NCBI RefSeq assembly: GCF_009914755.1
Contig: NC_060940.1
Length of the DNA: 64,000 nucleotides
From: the human T2T-CHM13v2.0 reference genome, Homo sapiens
Direction: 5' to 3' (one strand)
Shown here: positions 1 to 18,806 of the stretch, in pieces
How the letters are laid out: each line of letters starts with the position of its first letter
How positions within the stretch are numbered: the first letter of the stretch is position 1
The notes under the pieces: generated by a model
The model's database searches: none
What the model was told of the DNA's origin: nothing
Seen by the model: the letters and a program-made list of their open reading frames with translations, nothing else
Program-made: the position numbers and the translations under genes

Positions 1-199
1 GTGATTCTCCTGCCTCAGTCTCCCAAGTAGCTGGAATTACAGGTGTGCACCACCATGCCTTGTTAATTTTTGTATTTTTAGTAGAGACAGGGTTTCGCCA
101 TGTTGGCTAGGCTGGTCTCGAACTCCTGACCTCAGGTGATCTGCCTGCCTCGGCCTCCCAAAGTGCTGGGATTACAGGCATGAGCCATTGCACCCAGCC
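1..199 (-). mobile_element. AluS, cut by window edge
   Basis: Reverse Alu consensus ending cacccagcc. Confidence 0.92.
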
Positions 200-2009
200 T
201 GATTTTTATTTTTAAAAGACCACCCTACTCGTCACATGAGGTGACATGAGTGGAAACAGGAAGATGTCACTGTGGTCAGGGCAGGAGATGATGGCAACAG
301 GGATGAGGATGGTGGTGGTGACTGAGACGAAAATGGTGGTGGCGAGAAGTGGCTCATACAGGATATGTTTTGGAAGTAGGGCCAGTAGGACTTCGGATGG
401 AACATAAAGAGTCACCAAAACATGATTCTTTGAGTTTTGACCTTAGCAACCTGGAAAATGGTGAAATTATTTACTAAGAAAGGAAAGACTGGGAGAAGAA
501 CAATTTTTGGGGAGCAGTGGAAGCAAGAATCACTTTTTGGATATAAACATTTTGAGATGCCTCTAAGCCCTTCGAGAGAGATTGAAAGGATACATGAACC
601 TGCACTCGGGAAGAAATTAGAGCTGGCAATAGAATTTCGAGAGTCATAAGCATGTTAAAGGTATTTAAATATTTAAGTAATGCAACTGAGTGAGATCGCC
701 TGCAAAGACAATGTAGGAAACAAAAAGGAGAGTAGTAGAAGACTTTGTCCCAGGCTACTCCAATGACTAGGAATTTGGAGATTGAGAAGCTGGGGAAGTA
801 GAGGAAGGAGTTGCTAATGAGGTAGAAGGGAAGGTGGAGGAGTGTGGTGTCTGAAAGCCACACGAAGAAAGCGTTTCCAAGAGGAGGGGGTGATCAGCTG
901 CCAAGAAGTCATGTGAGATGAAGACAGAAAACTGACCTCTGTATTTGTCCAGGTGAAGACTGCCAAGGACCTTGAGAAGAAAGAGCAGCCGTGGAATGGT
1001 GGGGACAAAGGCCCCACTGGAAGCAGTGAAACAGAGGATGGGGGTGGGTGTGAGGACGAGGAGGCAGGCAATGCGGCAATTCTTTGGAGGAACAGCAGAG
1101 GAGGGGAGCTGAGAGAGGAGGTAATAGGCGGAGGGGGATGTGGGGTCACGGGAAAGCATTTTTAATGATGCGAATAATAATACAGCATGCATAGATGCTG
1201 ACAGAAGTAGAGTAGGGGGAAAGTGGGAGAGAGGGGACAACTGCAGGAATTTAGCCATTGGATAAGAGAAGGGGTGGGGCTGGGTGCCCATGTGCAGGGA
1301 TCAGCCCTGGGTGAAGGCAGGGCAGACACTCAGCTGTCGAGAAGGCACAGCCCTGTGTGTGGATGGAGGCTGCTGGAAGACTTGGTGGCCGGAAGATGAG
1401 GTCATTGTCTTCTGATTGCTGCAGCTTTCTTGGTGAAATCAGAATAGAGATCATCGGCTGAGAATGAGGAAGAGGAAAATATTTTGGAGGCTAGGAGAGT
1501 GATGAGAGCAATAAAGCAGTCATCTTGAATAGATGCAGAGCTGAGCCAGACCAAAGGGCCCATTGGAGACCTGTGGTCTTAAATTTAAATTAAGATCCTT
1601 CAGGAGAGGTGAGAGTCTTCCCCAGCTATGTTCAGCTGGTCTGCATGGAGTAGGGGGAGGATTAGGTTTGCCAGGGTTGAAGCTTTGCTTGAGAGTGTGG
1701 TGAAGGGCAAGTTGCAAGGGGGTGCTATGGTGGCAGACCAAGGCATCCAGACTGGATAGGGAGGGCACGAGGTGGGTGCTAGGTAGTGAGGATGAGGAAT
1801 GGAGGTTTCGATGGGGCCAGGTGCTTACCAGAGTTAGTCATCTGTAAAGTGAGAAGATGGCTGTGGGAAAGCAGGATTGTGATAGAGAGATCTTGGAGTT
1901 TATGGGTAGCGGTGAACAATGTCTAGGATGTGGTCAGGGAGGTAAGTAGCTGAGGAGGCCATGAAATTGAGAAGCAAGAGTGTTGGATTAAATATCATTC
2001 AAAAGATCA

Positions 2010-4640
<2,631 letters not shown>

Positions 4641-5347
4641 AAAAGATCAGGATTTCTAACTGGTGCTTTCCTGGATAGAGGTGATTTATAAATAAATGAG
4701 CTTATGGGCCACATCTTCATTATGTAATATACTTACACATTTTTTCCCATTTGCAACATGACTGAAATATCAGTCATTGGAAAACTCATGCTTTATGAGA
4801 GCTTCAAGAAGACCAATCGCCATCTCCCTGGGTAAGTGCTTTCACAGGGGGACACTGTTGTCCAGATCATTTGAGTCTTGTCACACTGGGGCAGTGCAGG
4901 CAGCCACATATGGGGTCTATGAGCTCTGATTTCTACTGTGATCTGTAGGTTACCTTACTGAAAGGAGTTTGGAGTCAGAATTGGGATGTTCTACTGCCTT
5001 TGAAGAATTCTAAAAAGCTTTATTTCCCTGTCCAGATGGACAGAACAAAACCCAAGGAAATGAGTTTTGATAACACCCTATATGGTAACAGAGAAATAAG
5101 TTTTAGTTCATCCATAAACGTTTGGGTAAAGAACACTATACTGGATCCTGGAAAAGAGGGTGAAAAGGATAGTGCTCCAGAAGAAAATGAATCAATGGTT
5201 TCTGTTTTCACGGTGTCAGAAGAACGTAAGACTGAAGTGACAATCAGATATCACCTGGCACAAGTTCAGCCCTGTGGGCTGTTCCATCCAACCTGCAGGT
5301 CTCCTCTCCCTTGAAGACCTTTGCCTCTGCTCCATCCTCTTACCTGA

Positions 5348-5704
<357 letters not shown>

Positions 5705-6094
5705 TAAGGACCTACATCTTTATTCCACCCACCTGCTCTATCCAATACACAGGTCTCATTTCCCATGAAGACCTACAACTCTTCTCCATCCATCTGCTCT
5801 TCCCAGTGGATGGGCCTCCTCTCCTACCAGTACTTTCACTTCTGCTCCATCCACCTCCCCCACTGTCCCTATAGCACTCTCAGGCTATAACGAGATCCAC
5901 CCTTAACCCTTCCTGTTTCTCCCATTCTATGTTCTCTTCTTAATTCCTTCTCTACTGAGGCTGGGCTTCCCATACTGATGGCACCCTCAGCTCTCTTGCC
6001 CCTCGTTATAAGAGCACACCCCCTCTCCTCAATGATGACATTCTTCTCTCTCCACTCCTGAATGGGAGCCGCCAGGTCCACTTAGAGAAATCTT

Positions 6095-6390
<296 letters not shown>

Positions 6391-6437
<47 letters not shown>

Positions 6438-6454
6438 GGAGAGAGAGAGAGAGA
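6391..6454. repeat. (GA)n microsatellite
   Basis: Direct reading. Confidence 0.95.
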
Positions 6455-7569
6455 AACTTCACAACTATGAAGTTATAGTTTCCAGTCTTGGTTGGGCCAT
6501 GATCATTCCCAACTATTTATTCCTTGTCCATCACCAATTTCTGCTTCTATACTGGAAGCAGTGCTCTGCCACTCCCCTCGAGCATGCTCTGCAGCCCAAG
6601 CCTCCTCGTTGCTTCCCTCAAAAGACCATGCCTCCTACATGCATTACAGCACCATTCAACAAGGCCTTCTCCAACCTCCATTCTCCACTTGGCTTCTCCC
6701 ACCCTTAGCTGTGTCTGTTTTTTACCTTTACTGACCCCAAAGGAAGCCGGTTCTCTTCTCCTTTAATTGTGCTGAATTCTGCCCTTCTTACTACCTCCCA
6801 AGATCTCATTCCCTCTTGAGTGGATCGCCACATGACACTTCTCCAGGGGTTCCATTCTTTATAGACCTGCTTCTACTTCTTTTCTGAGAATGGACTCTCC
6901 TGACCCTGGCTTTGCCCCTCTACTACTCTCTCATTTTTTTCCCTTCACTTTCAAACATCATAAAAGCCTACACTCACTTGATTTCACTTCTCCACCTACA
7001 ACTCACTACTCACTGCACCCACTGTCTCTGGCTTCAGCAGCACCGGCCAGTTGGCTGAGACTGCTAAGTTCCTTGGCGCATTGCTCAAATGCTGCAACTT
7101 CTTTCTGACGTTCCAGGACTCCCCCTGCAGCCCTCCCACAACTTGGATTAATGGTTTCATCCTTAACTTCCTTTAGAATTTAGGTTGAGCCATAGGAAAT
7201 TGCTGTTATGGAGTTCTAAAAGGATTGAATTTTGGCAATTTTCTGTGGCTCAGCCTAATTCCCTTTTCACACTTCTTTTGTAACTAATTTCACTTTATTG
7301 CAAATGTTTGCAAATGTGGTTATCTCCTTCATCAGACTCTTAGTGCAGGGATTCTGCTTTCTTTATTTGCACTTTGCCAGTGCCTACAGCATAAAAGATG
7401 CTTGCTGAGCACCAGCTGGGTGAATGCCCCTTTCAGAAGGAGGGGCGCAGGGACAGTGCTCAGGCTGGCCTGGCGAGAACACTGCAGGGATGAAGAGCAC
7501 TGATCTGGCTGCAGGATGCTGGGGAGGAGGAAGATCCCAGCCCTTCTGCGGTAGAGCCCTGATTTGTAC

Positions 7570-7784
7570 CTGTGGTGTTTCAGACTGGTGTGAGTGATGC
7601 TGCTTCTGTGACCCGGAGCCATGGCTGTCTGCCTTGCTTTTGGTGATCACCACGCTCCCACGAACACTCTTTCCAGGTTTAATTTCTGGGGCCACCAGAG
7701 TCATCTCGGAGGCTAACTTGCCCAAGGTGTCAGTGCTCAGTCGTCCTTGCCCTATGACGTTTTGACCCACAGCTGCCTCCTGGG
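7570..7784 (-). CDS. HYDIN: HYDIN exon ~41, 215 nt, AQEAAVGQNVIGQG...QSETPQ
   Basis: cttatAG|CCCAGG ... CCACAG|GTACAA; phase 1-0. Confidence 0.94.
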
Positions 7785-7862
7785 CTATAAGGAGAGGGTG
7801 AATTTTTATTAAAAGTCACCTTAGAATCACAAAAAATGACAGTGGGGATGGCACTCTGAAGT

Positions 7863-8165
7863 CCGTTCTGTCCAATAGACATATAATGTGAACCACATAT
7901 GTATGTAATTTAAACATTTCTAGTTGCCACATTAAAAAGGTAAAAATTAATTTTAGGGACATATTTTAACCCAATATACACAAAATGTGATCATTTTAAC
8001 ATGTAATGTATAAAAATTGCTACTGTGTTATTTCCAAGTCTTTTCTTTATATCACATCTTCAGGGTTCCCATGGGTGCTGTACATTCACCGCACACCTCT
8101 GTTTGGACCAGCTGGGTTCACGTGCTCAGCAGCCCCTAGGGCCAGTGGCTACTGTATGGCACAGG
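7863..8165. mobile_element. MER33-like hAT MITE relic
   Basis: ctgtccaataga...ccacatatgta...aatttaaa...tctag..gccacattaaaaagg similarity to recalled consensus. Confidence 0.6.
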
Positions 8166-9355
8166 CAGGTTCGGGTTCACTGCCACCACTTCATTCCAGC
8201 CTACCAACTCCACAGTGACAACAGATGCAGGAGAGATGTGAGGGCCTAACCCCTCCATTGCAAAGGCTCTATCCAAAGACCCCAGGGACCTCCCAACTGG
8301 GAAATTCAGCCACCTTCTACTCAGGGCTCATTCTATTTGGGCTTCTGGCAGTCTCTAATTCTGTTCATTTCTTGATTCAATGAATCCTTTATGAATCTTT
8401 ATTATGTGTCAACTATGCCAGGCATTCTTCCAGGTGCTGGGACTACAGTGGGGAAAATTAACACAAGCCCCTGCCTCCAGAGCTTACATGGGGTCGGGGC
8501 AGACAATAAAGGAGGTAGATCAGTATTAGGTTAGCTAGACAAGTGGGCTGTGAGATTAGGCCAGCAGGAAGGCTCCCTGTCCAGCAGGGCTCTGAGGGAC
8601 GTGAAACTCCTCCTCGCTTCTCCCTTTCCTAAGGCTCTGGGGCCCTTTCCTTGACTTCCCTGACAGTCCCTGTGGCCCTGGCTCTGCTGTCTCTACTTCC
8701 CGGCTTCCCCATGACCCCTCCTGAAATGTAGGTGTTCCCCATGGTCCTAACCTGCCTCGTCCAGCAAACATTCCTCCTGGCTCATTCTGGGCTTTTCTGG
8801 CTGCTTCACCTACCCTAGTGGTTTCATGGAGAAAGACTCTCCCAGCTGTGTCTCTAGCTTGATGTTATTTTCTCAGACCAGGAACTCAAATTCACCCTTA
8901 GGCACAGGACATAAACATGGCTCCACAGATCACTATGAAATGTAGACTATTTCACAGAAAAGGAAATAAAAAATTTAAGAGAACCAGCATTAGGGCATAG
9001 CCAGAGGTTCTCACTAAAGAGCTATTTCTCTTATCTTCCCAGCAAAGAATCTTCCATTTCCCTAAGTGTCCCACGCAGAGGTATTGAGGGGAGGGGACAA
9101 CCCTGAAAGTCCCAGCCAGTTTTATCAACTAGCAGGCTGGAAGCATTCTTGGGATGACGTCATGCCATGGGCACTGACATAGGAATGCTTCCCCTCTGAG
9201 CAGGCGCTCTGCTTGGTGTTTAGTATATTTTCCCATCAAGCAGCTGCTCGCCTGCCCTGAAGGTCCTCAAATAACCTGATGGAGCCAGAATTCTCAACTT
9301 TTTGTAGGAAGGCCACACCAGACCTCCCCACTATGCGATTCCAAAACTCAATTCA

Positions 9356-9712
<357 letters not shown>

Positions 9713-10523
9713 CTAGGTACATGACATCACTCTCTCCTGGATTCTGTGGCTAGGAAGCTGGGCGTGGCCATCTTGAATCCCTCTTACTCCTTCAATTCTC
9801 CACCATGCAGCTGGCTGTCGGGTTGGCCGGCCCAGGCCCATTTGTCTGCAGCTTCACTATCGCTTCCTTTACATGATAGTCAAGGGCTACCTTCCTATTG
9901 TGATTTTCTGATCATTTTTCCATAGTGTGAAACTGTCCCAATAGCTCTTTTCCTTGAACATAAAACTCAAATTCCTAATCTTGGCATTCAAGGTGAACAA
10001 TGATTGGCCTCAACCTGCCTTCCCACCCCTAATTTATGACCAGTTTCCCTGCTTTTTTGGTCTGGAATGTCCTTGTCCCCATCTTTGCCTACTAATATTC
10101 TCTTGCTTCTTCAAACCCATTTCCTTGAAAACTTCCCACATCACCCTTGTTGGAACCCATTCATCCCAAAGTCGCTCTTTCAAAGAAGCTGGTATTTCTG
10201 TTGCAAAATTATTTTCCTCTGCTCTGAGTGACCGCATGTCTGCTTCCCCCACCAGGTGTCAGACTTCCAAAGGTGTGGGCTGTGTCTTATTCATTGTCCT
10301 GGTCCCCACAGTGGCAAGAGCACGCTGGCATTGGGCAGGGCAGGAGACCCAGGAATGCTTCGTGAAGAGAATTCTCCTCTGGGCTATGAAGTTGGCAGCA
10401 TGCTGTAGGGCAGACTTCAACCAGGCTGTGGGAGGAGAGCTCAGTGGGGCACAGAGAAGATGGGTGTTGTCAGTGGGGGTGTTGGTGACTTGACCACAAA
10501 AACCCAAGAGAATGGGCTCTTAC

Positions 10524-10697
10524 CAGCCTCCTCTCCTTCCTTCACGGACTGCTCTATGGCAGCCCTGATGCAGAGCTCACGGGCCCGGATCCCTGGGATG
10601 TTGTTGCTGTTGGCCACAGCTTCCAGCACAATGGAGTCGATGCTCAGGCAGGCTGCGTTGTAGTACTTGGCCACGCTAACGGCATTGGCTGACTTTC
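10524..10697 (-). CDS. HYDIN: HYDIN exon ~40, 174 nt, GKSANAVSVAKYY...KEGEEA
   Basis: ttaatAG|GAAAGT ... AGGCTG|GTAAGA; phase 1-1. Confidence 0.95.
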
Positions 10698-10905
10698 CTA
10701 TTAAAAAGACCAGGGGGTTGAATTTCACGGTGCTCATTTGCTCAGTGTCCCAGAGAGAAAAGGTCTCAAGAGCAGAGGTCCCTGCAAAGTGATCTCTCTG
10801 AGTGCTCTGCCTCCTTCCCATGTGGCTGGAGGTGTTAGCAGCAAAGAGAAGGAAGACCTCAGCCTGGAGTCAGGGCTGTGGGTCTGATTCTAACCCTGCC
10901 ACTGA

Positions 10906-11272
<367 letters not shown>

Positions 11273-11554
11273 TAAGAAACAGGTTCTATCAGATGATCTT
11301 TAAAATACTTTGTAGTTCCTCCTGTCTCTGATTCTAATAGGAAAACTTTTTATTTTAAAGAATAACTTGTGTTGATTTCTTTTCTCATTTCAAGGTACTT
11401 TCATTACAAAAAAAAAAAAAGCAGACAATTCAGATATAACAGACAAGAGAAAAGAAAAAAAATCCATCATCCACTCATTCAGGGATAGTACCGTTAGCCT
11501 ATGGTCGCTAAGTACACATGTAACTGTATTTCTTATAAAAAAAGAAATAGGTGA

Positions 11555-12017
11555 TGTGGTAGGCTGAATAATGGCTCCTCCAAAGATTTCCACCTGCAAA
11601 TATGTTACCTTTTAGGGTAAAAGAGACTTTGCAGATGTGATTAATTTACAGATCTTGATATGGGGGGTTAGCCTGGATTATCCAACCGGGCACAATGGGT
11701 CCCCATGAGAGGAGAGCAGGAGGGTTGGAGTCAGAGCAGGTCAATCAACCATGGAAGTAGCAGGAGAGACTGGGAGATGCTATGCTGATGGCTGGGAAGG
11801 AGGAAGAAGGGGCCAGGAACCAAGGGTTGCAGGCAACATTTCTAGAAGCTAGAAGAGACAAGGAAACGGATTGTCCCCCAGATCCTCCAAGAAGGAACAC
11901 AGCCATGCTCACCCATTTTAGACTTCTGTCCTCCAGACCTATGGGAGTATAAATTTGCATTATGTGAAGCCATGAAGTCTGTGGTCACTTGTTATAGTAG
12001 CAACGGGGCACTAATAC
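11555..12017 (+). mobile_element. MaLR solo LTR (MLT1D-like)
   Basis: tgtggtaggctgaataatggc...actttgcagatgtgatt...ttgttatagtagca. Confidence 0.75.
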
Positions 12018-12109
12018 TAACTACACACCGTGAGTATGGCACCCTTTCTCATGTAAAATGATATATCATGAACAACTTTCCATTAATTCAATACACTTGT
12101 ATGACACTG

Positions 12110-12910
<801 letters not shown>

Positions 12911-14794
12911 GACACTGTTTTTAATGGCAATAAAATTCACCATATAAATGTACTGTGGCCTGATTAACCAGTTCCCCATATTGAATGTTGTAATTGCTCC
13001 CGAGTTTCTATTACAGCATACAGTGCTGCAGTGAACATTCAAGCAGTTCATCTTGTCCACATCATTAATTATTTTTCCTAAGAAAATTTTAGAAGTAACA
13101 TTGTCAGGTCAGAGTCTGCACATATATTTCTTTCTCTTTTTAAATAATTTAATGTCTGGGATTTTTTTCTCTAATATTTTAATATTTTTAAATTACGGAA
13201 AGAATACAATTCAAACAATTCAGAGATGTATACGTTCCAAATGAGGTGTCTTCCCTCTCCTTCTTAATCCCCTCTCTGAGGTCAGCAATTTAACAGTTTG
13301 GGGATAATCCTTAATTATATGGATTATAAACAAAAGAGTCTCTTATTGCCTTCAAAAGTTGTATGTTCTAACTTCACCATAAACAAAAGGGGAAAAATAA
13401 CTTATATTGATCAGTCTGATTTTGACATAGGCTGTTAAGCTGTTCTTCATGAAGATTCTGTGAAAGCTGTAAGGTTCCATAAAAATGTCAGGCTTGTTAT
13501 TACTGTAGTTCACACTCTAATAGGCTTTTCACCTGCAGATGAGAAGTGACTGAGCCTCCACTAGAACAGAGCTGGTGGCTCTTTCCAGGTCAGTGCCTTT
13601 TTGGTGTTAACTCTCCAGCTGTCTGCAGTTTCTATGGATCCATCAACCATCCTTCTGACATTCCTTTTAGTGCAACACTAAAATGGCCTGAGCCTCTGCA
13701 GGTGTGTTTGTGTAGGGGGTCTTCAAAACATTTCCAGTTATGTTCTTACTTGCCTCGTTTGATTTCTGCCTGTTGCCCACACATCTGGCCTTCTACTTTT
13801 TAGGTCCTGATTTACAACTTCTCAAGGAAAGGTTCTTCAAAGGAAGGGGTAATGAATTGTGACATTTTTAGATTCCTGGACCTCTCAGTGATTAGAATAT
13901 CAAAAATGCTCCATAAATGTTGTCTGTATGAATGATAGTAATTGGGTCAGAACAAGATTTCATGGCCCTTCGTCAAGTAAGCTGAAGCTAAGAGAGGTGG
14001 CAGGGCATCCTCCCAATATCCCTCTGCTCTGCCGCTTTCTAACTGGGTGACCTTGGGCAGATGTCCTTGAATTTCTCTGAACCTTAGCTTCCCATAAGGT
14101 AGGGGAAATCAAATTCTCTTTTCTGAGTGGTTACGAAGTTTAGATAGACAAATGGATGGGAAGGAGCTCTGTGAACTGCAAATTACTATACAAATAAGAT
14201 TTTTTTTTTCCCAATGTAGGTGATTCTGCTCCTTTGGGTTTATGGTAAAGTTAGCACATGTAATTTTGGAGGTAATAAAGGATTCTCGTTAAAAAATCCT
14301 TTCTTTATCAAGGGCTCATCCCTTGACTGGTTTATGGTTAGGAAAATATTCCTTGAGAATATTTAGCATGTGATGGAAGTTTCTTTTCAATGAGGATTCA
14401 CACTGCAGGTATGGTTATAATTGTGAATGCCAACAGTCATCATAGTAATAATAATGATAACATCAACAGCTTTTCGTTTGAGTATTTACTATGTGCCAAG
14501 TATTGAGATAAGCATTTTATATAAATGTTCTCATTAAATTCTCATGACTACCCTATAAAATAGACAGCGTTAATACCACTTTACGGACAGGGAAACTGAG
14601 CACAGACAATTTAGTTAATTTTCCCAAAGGCACACAGCTATTAATGTATATTCACTACCCTATGCAGTTCCTCAAATAAAGTCATTAGTATTTGCCATGA
14701 CCACACAGCTGATGTTGCCACTCTGGAAGCCGCAGAGTTTACAGAGAAGACATGGCACTGCTGGTCTTAACCTCCCCTCAGAACTGTTGCCTAC

Positions 14795-14968
14795 CTGACA
14801 AGGGTGTCCCATGAATGATAATGGCGATGCCTTTCCGGTTCTTGGCCAGGCGGCCTTCTGCAGAAATGTCAATGCCCAGGTGGCGAGCGATTGCTTTGCT
14901 CACTGGGTTGTTTTCCACCTCTCCAACTTCCTCCATGGAGTGGCTGTCAATGCTCTGAAGCTTGTCAG
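14795..14968 (-). CDS. HYDIN: HYDIN exon ~39, 174 nt, TDKLQSIDSHS...IIIHGTPLS
   Basis: ttgcAG|CTGACA ... TGTCAG|GTAGGC; phase 1-1. Confidence 0.95.
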
Positions 14969-15383
14969 CTGCAAATTTAAAATATATGTGTGTGCACACA
15001 TGGCATGCATGCTACACAGCCGGAATTTACATGGGTACTGATGGAAATGGGAATGGATATTTCTTTTTAAATGCTGTTTTTTTTAAATGGCAAATATTGC
15101 AGCAGTCCCCACTTGTAGTGTACGACTAGGCCCTTTTGGGCTAATAATTTGTTTATAGCTACTAAAATAAAAAAACAGATTTTTTGACCCCACTTTCATT
15201 TTGGGGAATCTCTCTTGCTGAAAAGTAGAAAGGACATTTGTGTGGAGAGGAGGATGGCTTACAGTGCAAAATATTAGAAACTAGTGAAATCTGCAGCATT
15301 AAGGGAAATGGCTGAATAAATGATGGTAAATTCATATTATAGAACCAATACACAGCAGCTATTAAAATGATGACTTCGGTATC

Positions 15384-15608
15384 ACAGACTAGTCAACTAT
15401 AGCCCACAGGCCAAATCTGTCCTGCTGCTTGTTTTCGTAAATCAAGTTGTATTGGAACATAGCCATGTCCTTTGATTACATATTGTCTTTGTCATCACAG
15501 CCACCCTCCAAAGGCAGGGTTGAGTAGTTTTGGCAGAGACTGTATAGCCTTCAAAGCCCCAAATATTTACTGTCTGGCCTTTTATGGGAAAAGTTTGCCA
15601 AACCTTGA
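15384..15608. mobile_element. MER58A-like hAT MITE
   Basis: caactatagcccacaggccaaatc...aaaagtttgcca. Confidence 0.7.
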
Positions 15609-15774
15609 TTTATCAAATGCATTGGCCTAGAGGAACGTCTAGAAAAAAGCAAGCTGCAGGATCATATGTGTATTAATTGTAGAGTAGTGTGCAGCCAGAT
15701 ACATATAGTCATCCCAAATACATTCAGTGTTTTAATAACAAAACTAGGATGACACTCTGAATTTTGCTCTGTAA

Positions 15775-16138
<364 letters not shown>

Positions 16139-17106
16139 TAGCTCATTCTTTTTAAATAGCTGCTAAATAACTCCCACTGTATGGCTTTGTCACAATTTCA
16201 CTAGTTCCCTACTAATGGGCATTTAGATGGTTTTCATGTTTTTTCATCCTAAGCATTGTGGTATGCTTTCTTCTACGTGGGATGTCCAGGGTCAGCCCTG
16301 GAGGAGCCCAGGCATGGGGAGCAGAGTCAGGGTGTATGGGGTGGGGAGGGCTGCTCGGAGAGACCAGGAACCACTTGGGGGCCCATCAACATAGCCAGGG
16401 TGGATTAAATATGAGGCATGGAGCCAGAAATTTCTGTCTTTAATCTCAGTTTTGCCATTACATGTTCCTGACTTCATTTACTCACCTGGTTGATGAGGGC
16501 TATGAATGATGACTTAGCTCCCTAAAGATCTCCTGAGCCTCACCCATGATTCCTATTCTGGGGGTGGGCACAGGACAAGGTTGCTTATGCCTTATCATGG
16601 TTTATAATGACCAGCAAATGGCCCCCATGAACCCAGTTTCACTGAATCTAATTTTCTGAATATGGTTCCAACATCTTGCAAAACTTGGGGAAAATAAATG
16701 CCAGAAAATGGGGCCATAATGCTGGGAGGTCAAGAGAAGAGCTCCCTAATGGCCCAACTGGGGGGACACTGGGGAGAATGTCCCCCATCCCCATAATGTT
16801 TCTCTAAACACCTCCCAGTCTGCCAGAATCTTAGCAGGAAAGATTCAGGCCTTCATTTAGTCTAGTTGAAACACAAATTACTGTGCCAAGAATGTATTAT
16901 ATGCTAAGCTCATCACCCAACTCTCAAGCTTGTATCCTACTGTGAGTGGCAGATCAGAGCTTCTCCGGAGGGCAGCTGTGGTGGGCAGGGCAGGATGGGC
17001 TAGGAGCCATACGAGGAGGCTTAGAGAAAGTGACAAGGTACTGAATATTGTCTTCCTATTTCTGCTTGGAGAGAACTAGTATCAAAACACTAAAATGCTC
17101 GGTTAC

Positions 17107-17286
17107 TTTGGAAAATGATTTTTTCCAGGCTTTCCTCATCCTCCTCTTCCTCTAGGTAGGTTTTGGACTCGACCAACAGGGCGTGCCATTCTTCCAGGTT
17201 GGATGTGACAGAGATCCCTCGGCTCAGCGATGTCCTCTTTGTGCTATTGGAGGTTCCCTGATCTGATGAGGTTATATCTTCCTCTT
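17107..17286 (-). CDS. HYDIN: HYDIN exon ~38, 180 nt, EEEDITSSDQG...EKIIFQ
   Basis: ctggcAG|AAGAGG ... TCCAAA|GTAACC; phase 1-1; absent from ORF track. Confidence 0.92.
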
Positions 17287-18428
17287 CTGCCAGGTAGCAA
17301 AGGATGAAAACACCAGGGGAAGAGTTGGGAGGGGGACAAGGGAGATGGAGGCAGAAAAGGAAAAAAAAAGATGAAGAAGAGATTCACCATACGGGCTCCC
17401 ATCACCCTGGACCATTCAACCCAAATAAACAAGAACTGCAGTCAGTTGGCTATTCCTCAGTCTCTCTGTGCACAGTGTTTCTACATTTTAACATTTGTTT
17501 AGCAACTAAAATTATACATTTGCTTAGAAAATGTGGAAAACTCAGAAGAGCCAAAAATGATGGAATTCAGCTACAAAAAGAGTTGGAGATAGACAAAGAA
17601 ATAGTGACAGAGAAATTGTACCAAATTTTATCATACCAGCACAGGAGAGCTGCAACCTCTCAGATTTTTAATTTTTAATTGTTTGAAACTAAGCTTGGGG
17701 TTATATTGTACATACTGATGTGTAGCCTGCTTTCCCTTTTAATTTATCATGACCATTTCCTGTGTCATTGTTAGGGACAGCTATCCTTTCGTTGGCCCAA
17801 CACCTTCCTCATTGATTGCCCATTGTTCTATAGCATTTCAGGGGTGCAGTGGGCTGTGACTGTATGAGGTGATCCCCCTCTACTACAGGGCAAGACATTC
17901 CCTTTGTCACACAAGGTAGAAATTGAGCCTGAGGGGTTGCAGCTCTCTCATGAATGGTGGTCCTGTGACTTGGGGCTGTGGGCCTTCCCTGGAAGGAAGG
18001 GAAGCAGAGAAGGATGATCTATAGCGTGAGAGCAGAGCGAGTAGACAAAGCTCATCAGAGAGGCACTGGTGAGAAGCAGGGCGTGTGCCTTTCTGGGTTC
18101 CCTCTGCACCCACTGATCCTGGCTTAGATCACCTTCCATTGGGCCAGATGGGTAAGGGAGCCCACAAACATGGTGTGTGACGACAAGGGGAGCACCAAGG
18201 CCTTCTCTGCCTTTGGGAGGTCCTTTGTACATTGCAGCCCTTGCTGCCCTGCCTTGGGCTGCTGGGCAGTCCCTCTGATGGTGTGTCTCTCCTCACACTC
18301 TCTTCATGACTGTGAGCTCTCAAAGGTAAGGATTCATTGCATTTTCTGATTTTTTTTTCCCCGGCACTTTTTTCACTAATTTTTTTTTCCCACCACTTTA
18401 GCTCAGTGCTTGCAACACAGTGGGTCCT

Positions 18429-18806
18429 TGTGATGGGCTTAATGGTGTCCTTTCCCAATTCATATGTGGAAGTCCTAACACCCGAGTATCTCAGAATGTG
18501 ACTGCATTTGGAGATAGGACCTTTGAAAAGGTAATTAAGGTAAGATGAGGTCACATGGGTGGGTCCCAATCCAGTAGGACTGGTGTCCTTATGAGGAGAG
18601 GAGATTAGGACACAGACACACACAGAAGGAAGACCAGGTGAAGACACAGGGAGAAGACAGCCAACTGCAAGATGGGATTCAGAAGAAAGCAACCCTGCTG
18701 CCACTCAGCCTTGGACTTCTAGCCTTCAGATTTGGGAGAAAAGAAACTTCTGTTGGTTAGGCCACCCAGTGTGTGGTACTTGCAATGGCAGCCCTAGCAA
18801 ACTCAA
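18429..18806 (+). mobile_element. MaLR solo LTR (MLT1B-like)
   Basis: aattcatatgtggaagtcctaac...tcagaatgtgactgcatttggagatagg. Confidence 0.8.

Noticed and set aside
767-1291. 174-aa ORF and other short ORF-track entries
   Set aside because: Low-complexity translations of L2, Alu or LTR relics with no recognisable domain or splice context
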